Assembly (NCBI GenBank): GCA_022813965.1
Contig: JALDZS010000043.1
Span: 62,001 to 126,000 of the forward strand
From: Toensbergia leucococca
Lineage: Eukaryota
Direction of reading: 5' to 3'
DNA length: 64,000 nucleotides
Of this stretch, positions 49,955-62,184 are shown piece by piece. How positions within the stretch are numbered: the first letter of the stretch is position 1; every line of letters starts with the position of its first letter. Made by a program: the position numbers and the translations under genes. Under the pieces are notes generated by a model. That model was not told the origin of the DNA and ran no database searches. It saw only the letters and a program-made list of their open reading frames with translations.

Positions 49955-50311
49955 CTACAACGTCATTAGAGCCGGCCTCTCAGCAAAGAAATCCAGCAGA
50001 TGCAAACAAATCTTGAACAACAACCTATCCCTCCTCAAACTAATCACCTGCACAATCGGGTCCTCATCATCATCATCAGCAACGCCGTCCCAGTACACCC
50101 CGGTGCTATCTTCATCGTCTTCTGTGGTCGCTTCATAGATGCCCATGCCATTAAGACGGTTGTGCACGAATTCGAGAGCGGCATCCGCATCGGTAAATGT
50201 GCCTAGGACCTGGAAGCCCACGGGAGATTCGGGAGCTTCTTCTTCGAGAAAGAGGGTATCGGTGTTGATTATGGTGGTGCAGGTCACGACGTGGATCGTT
50301 CGGTACGGCAT
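49955..50311 (-). CDS. Small acidic hypothetical protein
   Basis: 118-aa ATG-started ORF with plausible composition; no recognised family. Confidence 0.35.
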   Translation of the reverse strand: MPYRTIHVVTCTTIINTDTLFLEEEAPESPVGFQVLGTFTDADAALEFVHNRLNGMGIYEATTEDDEDSTGVYWDGVADDDDEDPIVQVISLRRDRLLFKICLHLLDFFAERPALMTL

Positions 50312-51625
50312 ATCTTTTATTTTATGCCGGATAGCTGGTTCTGTGAGGAGAAAGGTTGCGGTGACGAAATTTCCGGTAATCTGTTCAAATTGAATCTACC
50401 TGCGACCATTTTAATGAATGCTTGGGGGTTCTTTTGAATATTATAGCCATCGCAAGTCGGTTGCGTGGCACTTTTCCTGGTTTGCTGTTCCTGCGTGGCT
50501 GATGCGCTTTCAGTTCTCCTATTGCTGTCCGATTATCCAGCTCATCATCGCAATATCGCCAAAAAAAGCCAAAGAAGAAAATTTGTAATGTGGTTAGAGT
50601 ATTGAATGGGAGCCCACGACAAGAGAAAACCAAAGTCGCTCGCGAGCAAACGAATTAGGTAACTCACTCTCGCCATTTCCGAGAGGCAGGCGATCCTTTT
50701 CAACCTCAACTCCGCATGCCACTTCTCTCCACGAAGAAAATACATCTTCCCATTACCCTCCATCACATCGTTATAAACAAAGACCACTATTCCCTCCACC
50801 CTTCTCAATAGAAAGCCTTCCCATAAACTTCAGACCCATCCAGCCCATTTTTCCGAACAAACCACCTCATCACCCTCCGATCCCAAACAAACTCTCTCAA
50901 AATCCAAATCAAGACTTTACCGTAAATGTAATGAATCCCTCCCACCACTGAGTCCACCCATCCATCTATTCCCACCAAACCAAGCCGCGCGGGCCAAAGC
51001 CAGAAATGAGTAAACACAGGCAATCATGACCAATTTCGAGAAGCCAATCTAAGCACTGCACAGTCTCTATTCCTTCCCGCGCAAAGTGTTGCAATTGGCG
51101 CCAGCTGGCTAGGGGGGCTTCGGGCATCTGTCTATGAGTCTTCGCGCCACCTCTCTCCAAATGGAAAATAATCGAAACGACGAATTATGGCAGATGGCGA
51201 CGAGGGGATTGATGCACACCCCCCTCGGAAACCAAGTCCTCCAACAAAGAGAATCCGGCAATCTATATGGCTGATCAAGGGAGACGTACAGCATTGCCAG
51301 TGAGGCCTCTCATATGGGTTTCGTGCGCCTGCTACAGTAACATAGCTGCACAACCTCTTGTAAAGAAACCATGAAGAAAAAATTTGACCTGGTGAACAAA
51401 ACAAACAACGAATCCTAATCTCGCCACAAGCAGCATCTACCTCTCCAACCACACAAAAGTCTTTGTAATCGCTCACACCCCCTTCCTATTCCCAAGTATC
51501 CAATCAATCCAACTTCTCTTCAAACACATGACCACTTCCCCCAGCTCCTGCTCAAGCAGGTTGCAAAAAATCAAATCCGCATCCTCATCGCCGCCGTTCC
51601 TCCCGCCACCATCATAGAACCATCT

Positions 51626-51626
<1 letters not shown>

Positions 51627-51658
<32 letters not shown>
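51627..51658 (+). repeat. Poly-C tract (C32)
   Basis: Direct count of the homopolymer. Confidence 0.95.
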
Positions 51659-51660
<2 letters not shown>

Positions 51661-53180
51661 CCAAAGCCTTGAAAAAAACCCAGAACATTCTCCAATCAAT
51701 CCTTCAAACTTCCAGCAACCTACTGCAAAAAAATCCCAGAGAACGTGAGAAATCGGTAACCAAAGAGCAAAAAAAAAAAACTCGCTAGCGGCACCAACAG
51801 CCATCAAGCCAAGCCCAATCAATCAAAACCCCCCCAAAAAGTCCCAGCCACGCCCCTCCAACCAGAATCGTCTCGAAACGCAAAATACCCAGTCCACGAA
51901 CGACCGGGGCCGGCGAAAGTATATACCGGCTGCTATGGCGCCAATTGAGCAAAGCGGAAAAAAAAGCTCGAAGCGTATACCGCGAGTGGCCGAATACAAT
52001 AATAGCCTCAGGGTTTGTCCCGCGGGTTTAGCTGGGCCATGGTTGGGTGATATGGTTGCGGCTAGAGGGGAAATGACCTCACAGTGAAGGCGAGCGAATC
52101 CTTGATTAAATAGAAGCGAATCCATAGTTATATATTTCCCTCCCGCGACGTCTACACCCGTTAGCTGAGATACATATTCCTAATCATCCATTGGATTGAA
52201 GAGACATCCGTGTCCAGATCTGCCATTTAATTACCGGGTAGGAAAAAAGAAGAAAGACCAGCCTCATCCGCGTTTTTTCGGTCCATTGTAGGTAACTCTT
52301 TCATTTTTTTGGTTCGTTGATCGTTTTCGTTTTTCTATCATGCACCTGTTAGTTAGTTCGTGAGGAAATGGGGATCAGCGTTATAAGAACCGACTCCAGA
52401 AACAGACACCCAGATCTATAGGTAGGTAGCCAGCCGCTAGTATAGCCAGCGTGAGACCTCCACGGAGAGGAGAGGAGAGGTGAGGTGGAGATCAGGTTAG
52501 GAATCGACAGCGCAGTCTCGATCCAACTGTCCGAATTTTCTTTCTGACTATTAGGTAGTGGTCATGAGAAAGGCGAGTCGAATTGTGTATCTAATGGCAG
52601 GCTGAGAAGGGGGTTGGAGAAGATGGGCTGGGCGATGAAGATATAGATGTTATGGTTCCTAGGTAGATTGAACATCACCGTCGCAGCAGCAGACCTAGAA
52701 GCAGAAATGAGCGGTGAGAGGAGCTTCGATCTACTAGGTAGCCAGCCCATGAACGCTTTGGATCTGTCAGTATCTCACAGATTACATATCCAAGGCAGAG
52801 TTGTCAAGGGACATGGAGGCTAAGAACCGACGCGATCCAACCATGTTTACCAAAAAACATTGAAAGAGGCCAGAAGTGTAAAGAAGTGATGCAGAGGTAG
52901 CATTTCTAAAAAAATAATATTCCACGTCTCGTTCTTTAGGGGCAAAGTCAAAGGTAAAAAAAGGTACGCAAAACGCCCAAGTCCAACGTGCTGACATTTA
53001 TTACCACAAGTGTCAACGACACGCTCCATGCCTCTCCAAGGAGAAAATAGTAGACAACGCTTTGCTGCTGGAATCGCTTGCATAGGATAAAGAATAGCCC
53101 TCGTCTCCATCGAACAAGAAGAAGGGGATGTGCAAAAGGGACATGGCACACCAAAAGAATGAAAAGCCAATCGCCTTGTC

Positions 53181-54119
53181 TTAGGGTTTTGGTTCATTGG
53201 GGTATGGATCTGCTCTTCGATACACCGCTCGTCCATATATGGTGACCTCGTCGTTCCCAATCTCTGTACCAGCATCCGACGTGTCATCCGGTACCTCTGT
53301 CGCAGTATCAGACATCCAATCCTCTTCTAATCCGTCTAATCCTATCCTTCCTAGCGGCTGATATTCAGAGGGATTTGGACGCGTGGAAGATTTCGGGTTG
53401 AGTGGGATGATGACGATTCGGCCTTTGAGGGATGCACGGACTCGAGCCTTTCCGTCGTTGACTTCATATTTGTACATCATTTCGTGGCCGATTGACATAC
53501 TGCCGTTCGCAGAAACCTTGCCGTCTCCTTGATTGTATCTGTATAGCCTGCTTGTGGATAGATCCATATCGTTCATGTCGGTGGTTTCGCCGGGAACATC
53601 CACTCTGATTAAAAGACCTTTCGCTTTAAAGTATGTCTCATTCCATCGATTGACACATTTGGCGAGAGCTCCGCTTTGTGCTGCTGTCATGAAGTTCCAC
53701 GTCTCTCTATGCTCCCGTGTCTTCTGTGCCACTGCGACAGCTGGAATCAAGCTAAAGAAGCCGACTAAAAAGGCACCTGCGAGTGCGGTGCCGGCTCCTC
53801 GACTCACGGTAGTAAGCCACTGTGAGGAGTTCATGTGAGATAGGCTTTTTATTTCATGGGTAAAGCCTGACCAGGCCGCTTTGCCAACGCCTGCATCTCG
53901 AAGAACGATGGGATATTTGAATCCGGATGTGACATAGCTGAATCGACTGGGGACTTGTAGACCCCGAACCAGGACCGATTCTCGTGCATAGCCTGGCTCG
54001 CTCCCTGTGGAAGGAATTATGATCTCGTCTTCGGATAGGAAAGGGTTGTGTGTCTTTTGCATGTCCGAACCAGGCTGAAAGCTGTTGGGAAACGGTCTTG
54101 AGTATGATGGAGGGTCCAT
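53181..54119 (-). CDS. Fungal hypothetical protein with central hydrophobic segment
   Basis: 312-aa ORF with SGFKYP...W..F and RWNETYFKAKGLLIRVDVP, loosely reminiscent of Erf4/Golgin-A7-like domains. Confidence 0.65.
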   Translation of the reverse strand: MDPPSYSRPFPNSFQPGSDMQKTHNPFLSEDEIIIPSTGSEPGYARESVLVRGLQVPSRFSYVTSGFKYPIVLRDAGVGKAAWSGFTHEIKSLSHMNSSQWLTTVSRGAGTALAGAFLVGFFSLIPAVAVAQKTREHRETWNFMTAAQSGALAKCVNRWNETYFKAKGLLIRVDVPGETTDMNDMDLSTSRLYRYNQGDGKVSANGSMSIGHEMMYKYEVNDGKARVRASLKGRIVIIPLNPKSSTRPNPSEYQPLGRIGLDGLEEDWMSDTATEVPDDTSDAGTEIGNDEVTIYGRAVYRRADPYPNEPKP

Positions 54120-55583
54120 TTTGGAGCAGTTCTCTGGGCTGCGGTCGATTCTGGCTGGGGATAAATACAGGGCACTAGACGATCTTTAAGAGCAGGACTC
54201 GGATACGTAACGAAAAAGTGTGAGGTTATTTTGATAGCGATAGATGAAACGGTTGGGCTGTTGAGTGCAGATTGATGAAAGCGAGCTGTATTACGGATTG
54301 GCTTTGAGGAAAGAATTCATGTTAGGCAAGAAGGTAAGGTAGTTGATGATGCGGAGAACTGTCATTAGGCACCAGCAGTCCCTTTATACATCAAGTTCCT
54401 CCCTTCCGCCTTCCTGGGTCTAAGGCGTAGGATCATCATCAAACTCAATTGGGATGTACGGATTAGGGAACCACTACCGTGGCAACTGCTCTTCGTGGGC
54501 TGTGACGATCAAGCTGATTGTCCTGTAAGCACGATGAAGGGCTTTGTCGGCCTCAGGCTTCGAGTCATCGATGCTCAACGGGATGCGTAGACTTGACTCG
54601 TAATGACAAGGCTACCCATCTTGCCTTTTGCAGTGATCATCGGCGGATGATACATATTGCTATTGGTGTAAGTACTCTTTACGTGCTGCATAAACCTAGC
54701 AAGTTCCGCGTTGACTCATTGCGTGGGACGGACGGTTAGCCAATTGGCCAATTGGCCAATTAGATGGCAGCAACAATGTGACAGTGGATGGAGGCAGCAT
54801 TGGTGATTTCTTTTCCCTTCTCCCTTTTGCCGATTCACTCACCCCTCACTCTCACCGACCAATTGCAAAACGCGTCATGTCAGAGTCAAATGAGGCTTTA
54901 TTGTGGTTAATGTGGTAGCACAAAAGATGACCATGACCCATTTGTGTGTGAAAAAGGTCACTACACCACGCGTCCCACGGTCCCACACCCTACGCCCTAA
55001 GCCCTACCTTGGTGCCTAGCCCTAATCGAGCTACCTACTATCAGGTAGAGCGGTGAGCTTAGACTTGCCTTGAGGTAAGGTACCTTATCTTAAGAGTACT
55101 CTTCACTCATCTTCCACGCCATCATGTTTTTGTTTTATCTTTCGTCTTTCATCTTTCGCTCAGATCTTCGTACTCTGGTGCCAAGCCGTTTTCACTCATC
55201 GCGATACCTAGCAGAATGAATTTCCCAAATCTGTGAATCTAACTGTACCGGATAGTATGGTGGTCTCCACAATCCGGACCAGCTGACTCTTTCTCAAAAG
55301 TGCCTGCCTCAATGGTCTGCAAAATTTTATAGCCTGGCTATAGAAATTTTGTGGAACCTCGGATGTCATGTTGTCCTACACATCGTTTAGAGTCAAGAAT
55401 CATACCTCAAGAACGAACGCCGCGTTGTCCGTGAAGCTTTCTGTACGGCGTATGCACGCTTTCTTCAGCCTCAACTTTTGTGCAACCACACGGCTTTTAC
55501 TGTTACATCCGATTTCTAATGCATTCTCTCTATGGCGTTTGATCATAGCATGCATGCACCCGCTGTTCTCTCCCCTGTATACA

Positions 55584-55988
55584 TTAAATCCTCAAGAACA
55601 TCCGTCTTTGATTCGCAACCACGATTGCCTGATTAACATAGGACGTTACTTTTCCTATCTGAAACCTTGGTGCAGGTTCATTGTCGACTGAATTTGCGAA
55701 ACCTCGGCTTCTCTGGTTTTCCAAATGCTGAAATGCCTTTTTCTCAATCGGAGCTCTCCGAATAAACCCGCAACCTTTTCTACTGTTTAAGTCTTGTTCC
55801 AGCCTGATTCGAACAGCTTCTTTGCATTGCCGTCCAACTTCTTCTTGCCAAACTTCGAATTGGTGTCGGGCAACGAGGAAGACAGGAGGAGGGATGGGCT
55901 TATGCCTGTAAATCGGGCATTCACCATCCCCATCAAACACCATCTCATTTTGGCAGCTAATGTCCTCATATGGACAGACGAATGACAC
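55584..55988 (-). CDS. Hypothetical protein fragment
   Basis: 134-aa ORF with a Cys/His-containing N-terminus; no family recognised. Confidence 0.2.
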   Translation of the reverse strand: MSFVCPYEDISCQNEMVFDGDGECPIYRHKPIPPPVFLVARHQFEVWQEEVGRQCKEAVRIRLEQDLNSRKGCGFIRRAPIEKKAFQHLENQRSRGFANSVDNEPAPRFQIGKVTSYVNQAIVVANQRRMFLRI

Positions 55989-56558
55989 GATGTAGACAAC
56001 ATCAAATTCTGATGAGCTTACATTCTATGGATTAGAGCAGTATGTCATTATTTCATCGGTGAGGGATGACGAGGTTCCCTGAATAGGCTAACACTCATTG
56101 GCAATGGCTACGGTGAGTAGGATCCGAGTGTTCTTGAGATGATACTGGGAATCTTTCCTATGGCAAGTGAGAGCACGTTTCATCTGTACAGGCACTGTTT
56201 TTTATTATTAATTGAAAGCGCTTCTATCGAAAACCTCCAAGCACCCCTCAATGTATCAGCCACACAATCGAGCTTGATTACAAATCAGACTATACACAAA
56301 TTCCTGGGGAGATGTATGATATATACCAGTGCTTATTGGTCAGAATTCCATGGCGTATTGAGGCTACATGAATACGGGGCTGTTGTGCAAGCTATCTTGA
56401 GCTTTGCCCAACTTGCACGAAACCCTCATGCCTAGAGTCTATCTCAGCCTTGCATCTATGTGGAACAACACCTATGCTGGCGGCATCACGTCAAGGACGG
56501 GGTATATTCAACATTTCTAAAGACTGGTGGCTGATGACTTGGTACTGACAGCAGAGAA

Positions 56559-57112
56559 ATAGAAATTATCGCTGCGGCCGCGAGTATAGCGGGTATTCTC
56601 ACCTTGATCGGCCAAAGCATTGAGGGCGGAATGGGGCTGAAGCAATCTTTCTCCGGCGTTCACTCTACGTCAAAGGTGGTCAATCGATTGCTCCACCATA
56701 TGAACTCCCTTCTCCACGTACTTGAAGATGTCAAGCATCTCCTGGTCACAATTCCCAAAGGAATTGCGGGCCTTGATGTGTCTTCGTTGCATCAACAGTT
56801 GAAGGAATGTTCAAGCGATGTATTCGAATCGTAGAATATCGCAAGAGCCCATCGTCCGATTCAGGACAAGGCGAGAAAGTCTGGTTCAAGAACTTCTAAG
56901 TTGCCGTCAACAAGGATTGTGTGAAAGATATAAGGAGAGAAATAGATCGGCATAGTCAAGCTATTTCTATCAGGAATCATGACGCTCAAATGCCTTGGCT
57001 CGAAAGGATAGAAGAGTATTCGAGGAAAGGAATGTATGGCTCCATTGAACATTTTGGACAGCGTAGCCAGTTCGCTAAAGTTTGTCTGACGAATGAAATA
57101 TGTGATGATTAG
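56559..57112 (+). pseudogene. Pseudogene of a HeLo-like / fungal STAND N-terminal helical domain
   Basis: (ATA)EIIAAAASIAGILTLIGQSI...LLHHMNSLLHVLEDV...LHQQLKECSSDV, with the start codon read as ATA, TAG at 56832, then a frameshift and WFKNF*VAVNK..VKDIRREIDRH. Confidence 0.6.
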
Positions 57113-57214
57113 TGGAAAATTGAATTGCATCGGTTCCTCAATAGAATAGAATAGGTAATTCGGTGGTTTGGGTGTTGCTATGAAGTTTGCAGTCCCCCTC
57201 AATTCAGCCACTGC

Positions 57215-57277
57215 GACAGAAATCATTGCCGGTTTTCAGCCTTCTTTCCCCATCGAAAACCGGCAATGATTTTTGTC
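57215..57277. repeat. 23-bp inverted repeat (22/23 match) with 17-nt loop
   Basis: GACAGAAATCATTGCCGGTTTTC ... GAAAACCGGCAATGATTTTTGTC. Confidence 0.9.
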
Positions 57278-57638
57278 AATCACTAGTGATTTGATCTAAC
57301 GAACACATGATGTGAGTGAGCAATGGGACTTTTGGACAATTGAGAAATGATTTTCATGATGAGATCGGTCGGAGCAGAATTCCACAACTGGCGCGTCGTC
57401 GTCAAGCCGTGTCTCTTGGCAGCGTTGGACCGGCAGCCAGCCGCTGTTTTCACCCCCACCACCCCTGAGCCCCTCTATCTGGATTGCGTCAGACAATTAC
57501 GAGGACGGCCAACATACGTGTACCACCTCCTCTTCCAATCTTCTAGATTCCATGTCTGCATGCTTCCGCGTGTCAAGAGATTCGTACCCACACTTTATCA
57601 AAGGCTTTGGCCCACACATAAAAGTCGCATATCTCAAC

Positions 57639-58807
57639 ATGACCCGCAAGAATCTCATCCGAAACTCTGAGATTCAGCAGTCTTCACAGCAATCTTCACC
57701 CCTGCCTCCCCCAACTTACGAAGCAGCGACCTCGAAAATGGAGCATCCTTTGCCGGTACGTCAACACCAGGCTCCATATTCCGACAATCCTGCGAAAGAC
57801 AGCGAGAAGTCGCTGCATGTCGGCTTGCATGAAGTCAATTGCCAGCCCAAAAAGGGAATATTCACTCGCCGAGTCTTGGCTGCTCGTGTGAAGCACACCT
57901 TTTTGGCTGTGACTCTGCTTCTAGGCGGTGCATTCTTGTTTCATACCATTTACGCTGTGTCTCCGCAGTATAGACCGAGTGTTGGCCATGTGAGCAAAAG
58001 TGTCTGTTCAGAATTCCCAGATCTAATCGTTGAGTGTTTAAATAGTACCGCCATCCGGCATCTGAGCCCAAACCAAGCATAATCCCGACTATCACCGATG
58101 ATAAAGATCCAATGCCTGGTCAATCCTCATCTCGCAAAACAATACTTGATTGTGTCTCCAAAGCCATAACCGGACACTTCGACTTACTTGACCTTCTTTC
58201 TTTGACAACAACGTCTGGCAGTATTGGTGTGTCAGTGTCTCCTGGCTCGGCCAACGAAGACGGCCCGGATCAGCCAGCAGAATTCGTGGCCGCCTCCTCC
58301 TCTGGCAGCATCCGCGCCACATTCCCCTCCACATCACGTTTGATCCCAGGTCGGGAATACCGTACCCATGTCGGTACAACAAGCGGTAGCATTGATGGAG
58401 CATATCTTCTAAGTCCCTCCACTTCCTTCCGGACATCCTCTGGAAGTATACGTATCTCCCTTCTCCCTGCTGAGTCCAAGGATTCTTCAAATTTGGTTAC
58501 CGACTCCGTTAGTGGTCGACAGGATGTTACTGTACATGCAGGAGATTACGCGGGGTTGACAAAGACTTTTTCTATTGAGAGTACCAGCGTAAATGGTGCC
58601 ATTGTCCTTCGGCTTCCAGGGAACTTTGAAGGGTCGATCATGGCCGAGACGGTGAGTGGAAGTATTCGCGTCGTTGGCCAGGATGTGAAGGTCAAGAAGG
58701 ATGTTCGCACTGGAGGATTCAGATATTTCGAAGCTGTCAAGGGAGATGGCACTGGGGTGATTTACGTCAAATCTGTGAGCGGCAGTGTGGATGTTATTTT
58801 TGGGTAG
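57639..58807 (+). CDS. Membrane-anchored DUF4097/adhesin-like beta-strand repeat protein
   Basis: PPPTYE motif, one TM helix, an intron near 58000-58045, then repeated T(T/S)SGSI / SVSG units. Confidence 0.8.
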
Positions 58808-59206
58808 GGAATTGATGGCGTCTATGAAGGGCGGGTTTTACCATTAGCGATGTGGTGTTGGTGCTGGACATGTATCAAGTTTGAATGATACAAGTATGAC
58901 GAAAGAAATGATTCGGCGGTCATGAGAATGAGAATGAGAATGAGAATGCAATTGAAATGTAGACGTGGCAAAAATAATAATTAAAATCTAGCGAATAGAT
59001 TATTTGAATAAATGAATCCACATCATGCAAGCAAACATGCACTGTGCGTTTCCTCTCACCCGAATTACACATATATCCTCGTATTTGCATTGAAATCTTG
59101 CTTCTCTTTTCTCTTCTCGCCGACGATTGATAGAAAAACTCTATGAATACCCCCAAGCATATTGGTAGGAAGTCGGAAGTACGACCAGGCTGAGAAGAGA
59201 GAAGGT

Positions 59207-60892
59207 ATGACGACCAGGTATCGCGTGGAATGTAAAGTCACCATAAGCCCACAGACAGCATATCATACACTGTGACTAATAGCTCAATCGCGTAGATGCA
59301 CTCAAGGTCGGCATTGTTGCTATCCTTCTTCAAACCGTTTGTTGACGCTTTCTTCATCAGACCCATCGAAGAGATCAATTGGTTGGAGACTTCTTTCTTA
59401 GGCCATCATGAGTGTCGCTGACACTTGTCTAGATTGAATGGATCAAAGTATGCTGTTTCTTTCCAAGTCCAAGGCTCCAATCCAAATGACATGACCGTGT
59501 TACCTTTGGCGACTAATATAACCTTTCGCAGGGTCTACTCGCAGTCCCCTTTGTGCTACATTCTCAACCCGCAGCAGCCTATGATGACCGTGGCGGTCTG
59601 TTGGTCAAGATGGCCACAAATTCACACCGTCGTTATGCCGAAATCATGCATGACGTCGAGGAACTCATCAACGACCATAGTATTCATCACCTTGTCCCGC
59701 CTCCCCATACCTAAGTTGACATGTATGAAGTTGCCCACCAACGGAGAGGCACCCACGACCGATCCAAGCTGAAGCTTCTTGTACCCAGCGTTGGTGTTTT
59801 TTTCACTCCGCTACTTCTGCAAGAAGCTTTTGTGTATCAAGACGAAAGGCGGAAAATCAGCTCACGCCGCTTCGTTCCGCCATCTTTCAACGACATACGC
59901 CTAACCCTAAATTCGGCTCAAACCATGAGTCTTATCCGTGATGGACCTCTCCAGCTGGTGACTTTCGACGGAGACCTTACACTGTACGATGATGGTCAAG
60001 CACTGACTTATGACAATCCAGTTATCGAAAGAATCCTGAAGCTCCTCGACCAAGGCATAAAAGTCGGTATTGTTACTGCCGCAGGATACACTGAAGCCGT
60101 CAAGTACTATGGAAGGTTATATGGTCTCCTTGAAGCAATGAAGAATGCTGTTGTTGAGCAAAAGCTGCATGATCCGACCTTGATCATACTTGGTGGTGAA
60201 AGTAGCTATCTCTTCGCTTTCGATATGGAATCTGAGCATCTACTCAATTCAGTCCCCCGGGAAGAGTGGATGCTCGAAGAGATGAAGCTCTGGACTGATG
60301 AAGAGGTTAACTTGTTGCTTGATATTGCCGAAGGAGCACTACGAGAGTGTATGAATAATATGCAGCTTCCCGCTGAGGTGCTGAGGAAGGAGCGTGCTGT
60401 TGGTATCATCCCAAAATTGGGCCCAAATGCTCAAAAATTCACGCGTGAGCAATTGGAAGAGACCGTACTCGTAACTCAACAAGTTGTGGAGATGTCGGCA
60501 GTAGGAAAGAGAATACCGTTTTGTGCTTTCAACGGCAAGTTCTCAGCGACACCATGTCGTCTCTCTATATCGCCGAGAAGCGTCTCATGCTAATAAGCGT
60601 ACCAGGGGGCAACGATGTCTTTGTTGACATTGGTGATAAAGCTTGGGGAGTTTTGTCATGCCAAAGCTTTCTCGGCGGTATCGAAGGAAGTAAAACGTTA
60701 CATATCGGTGATCAATTCCTTTCTGCTGGAGCAAATGATTTCAAGGCATGTCATTGGCTCGCGAGCACTTAAGGTAATACGATTCTGACATACAAAAGGC
60801 AAGGCTTGCTTGTACAACGGCATGGATCGCAAATCCCACCGAGACGGTATTGCTGCTAGACGAGATTGCCTACCATTCTGCACATTTCATGA
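59207..60892 (+). CDS. ISN1: IMP-specific 5'-nucleotidase, multi-exon with micro-exons
   Basis: MTTRYRVEYALKTHRRDQLIEWIKGLLAVPFVLH assembled from micro-exons, RRFVPPSFNDIR, TFDGDLTLY, FNGGNDVFVDIGDK, HIGDQF, ARLACTTAWIANP. Confidence 0.95.
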
Positions 60893-61389
60893 AGAAGGAC
60901 CAATGATCATGTTCTCGGAGCTCGCTTCCACGATGCTGAAGCTGGAGTTGTATCTATACCTACCCCAATATTCTAACCTAGTTTTCGATGCCTGATGCCG
61001 TTACAATCCGGTACGGTTGCATCGATCATGCTGGACGAGCTGAAATGGGCTTTGCTTTATGTTTGGGGAAAAGTCATCATAGCCCATAGCTCCTGCTAGC
61101 CATAATTGAGTCAGAGATATCTTGAATACGCGAGAGCTTGAACAGTGAGAAGAGATCGTACTAACGATGTTGAAAGTGTGTTGGTAGGAGTGATGGAGAC
61201 GAGCCTACTTTCCATACGGAAAAGAAAGTCATCTCGGTGAGGGACATGTTCGTGTATTGTGTGGTGCATGATACCTGACTCCCGACGATACTCGAGAAAA
61301 AGGTTGAATTCTATCCGGGATACCGCATCCATTCCAGGAAATTGTGCCACGAATAATCCGAATGCCAAGATGTTGACTTAACATGCGAG

Positions 61390-62184
61390 TCAAGGCAATG
61401 GCTTAGGCGCTGGGGCAGTAGCTCGAGCAAGCTTTCGGTTCCGTGCTCTGTTTTCCCTCGCCAGATATGCCCTATGTTCCCTGTCCTGCTGAAGTTGAGT
61501 TATTCGAGCTTGTTCTTCACTCCGCTGTCTTGCCCTTTCCTTCATGAAACGTGCAACTCGTCCTCCCTCTTCTATGTTCTGCTGCCGCTGTGTTAGCAGT
61601 GTCTGTTCAAGCTGCTTTTTTGCCTCTTTTCCTTCCCTGCTACACCTCCACAGTCCGTCAATGTCTGAATCACTTACCTCTAGCTGCGACTGTCCAATCA
61701 CACCATTTCCCCTCTTACACTGTTCTTCATCTCTCCTTTTTCTCTCTTTGTCGATTGCATTTTGCCATCCACTGGGATTTATCACCATCCTCGTCATCGA
61801 TTCTATTTCTTTGAATCTCTTGGCTTCTGGATCCACCGCCCTTGGCTTGTTGCAAAACCGATCCGCCATCTCCCACCCTGCTTCGTTATATTTCTCAAAC
61901 CATTTTCTCATCTTTTTCTCTTTCCTTGGTGATTTAGAGACAGGTTCCCACATCTTACGCTGGTACTCTATCGCTTCGGAAAATAAGGCTATCGATGACC
62001 CCATTACTCGGAGGGCCGTTTCGCCCTGGAGGGCTGGATTTTCCGCCTCAATGTCCCAGATTGCACCACTGTCCAGAAAACCCTCTGCACTTCGTCCCCG
62101 GAAATTCCTTTCCAATGTTCTGGGTCCCGTATAGCTCGTGAGATGTCCCCCCGCATTTAGCCATTCTGACATTCGGCTAGGCAT
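61390..62184 (-). CDS. Hypothetical protein with charged, coiled-coil-like C-terminus
   Basis: 264-aa ATG-started ORF; no family recognised. Confidence 0.5.
   Translation of the reverse strand: MPSRMSEWLNAGGHLTSYTGPRTLERNFRGRSAEGFLDSGAIWDIEAENPALQGETALRVMGSSIALFSEAIEYQRKMWEPVSKSPRKEKKMRKWFEKYNEAGWEMADRFCNKPRAVDPEAKRFKEIESMTRMVINPSGWQNAIDKERKRRDEEQCKRGNGVIGQSQLEVSDSDIDGLWRCSREGKEAKKQLEQTLLTQRQQNIEEGGRVARFMKERARQRSEEQARITQLQQDREHRAYLARENRARNRKLARATAPAPKPLP

Noticed and set aside
58922..58947. (ATGAGA)n hexamer repeat and other short microsatellites (e.g. CACCCGT x3 at ~3741)
   Set aside because: Ordinary simple repeats with no further structure.
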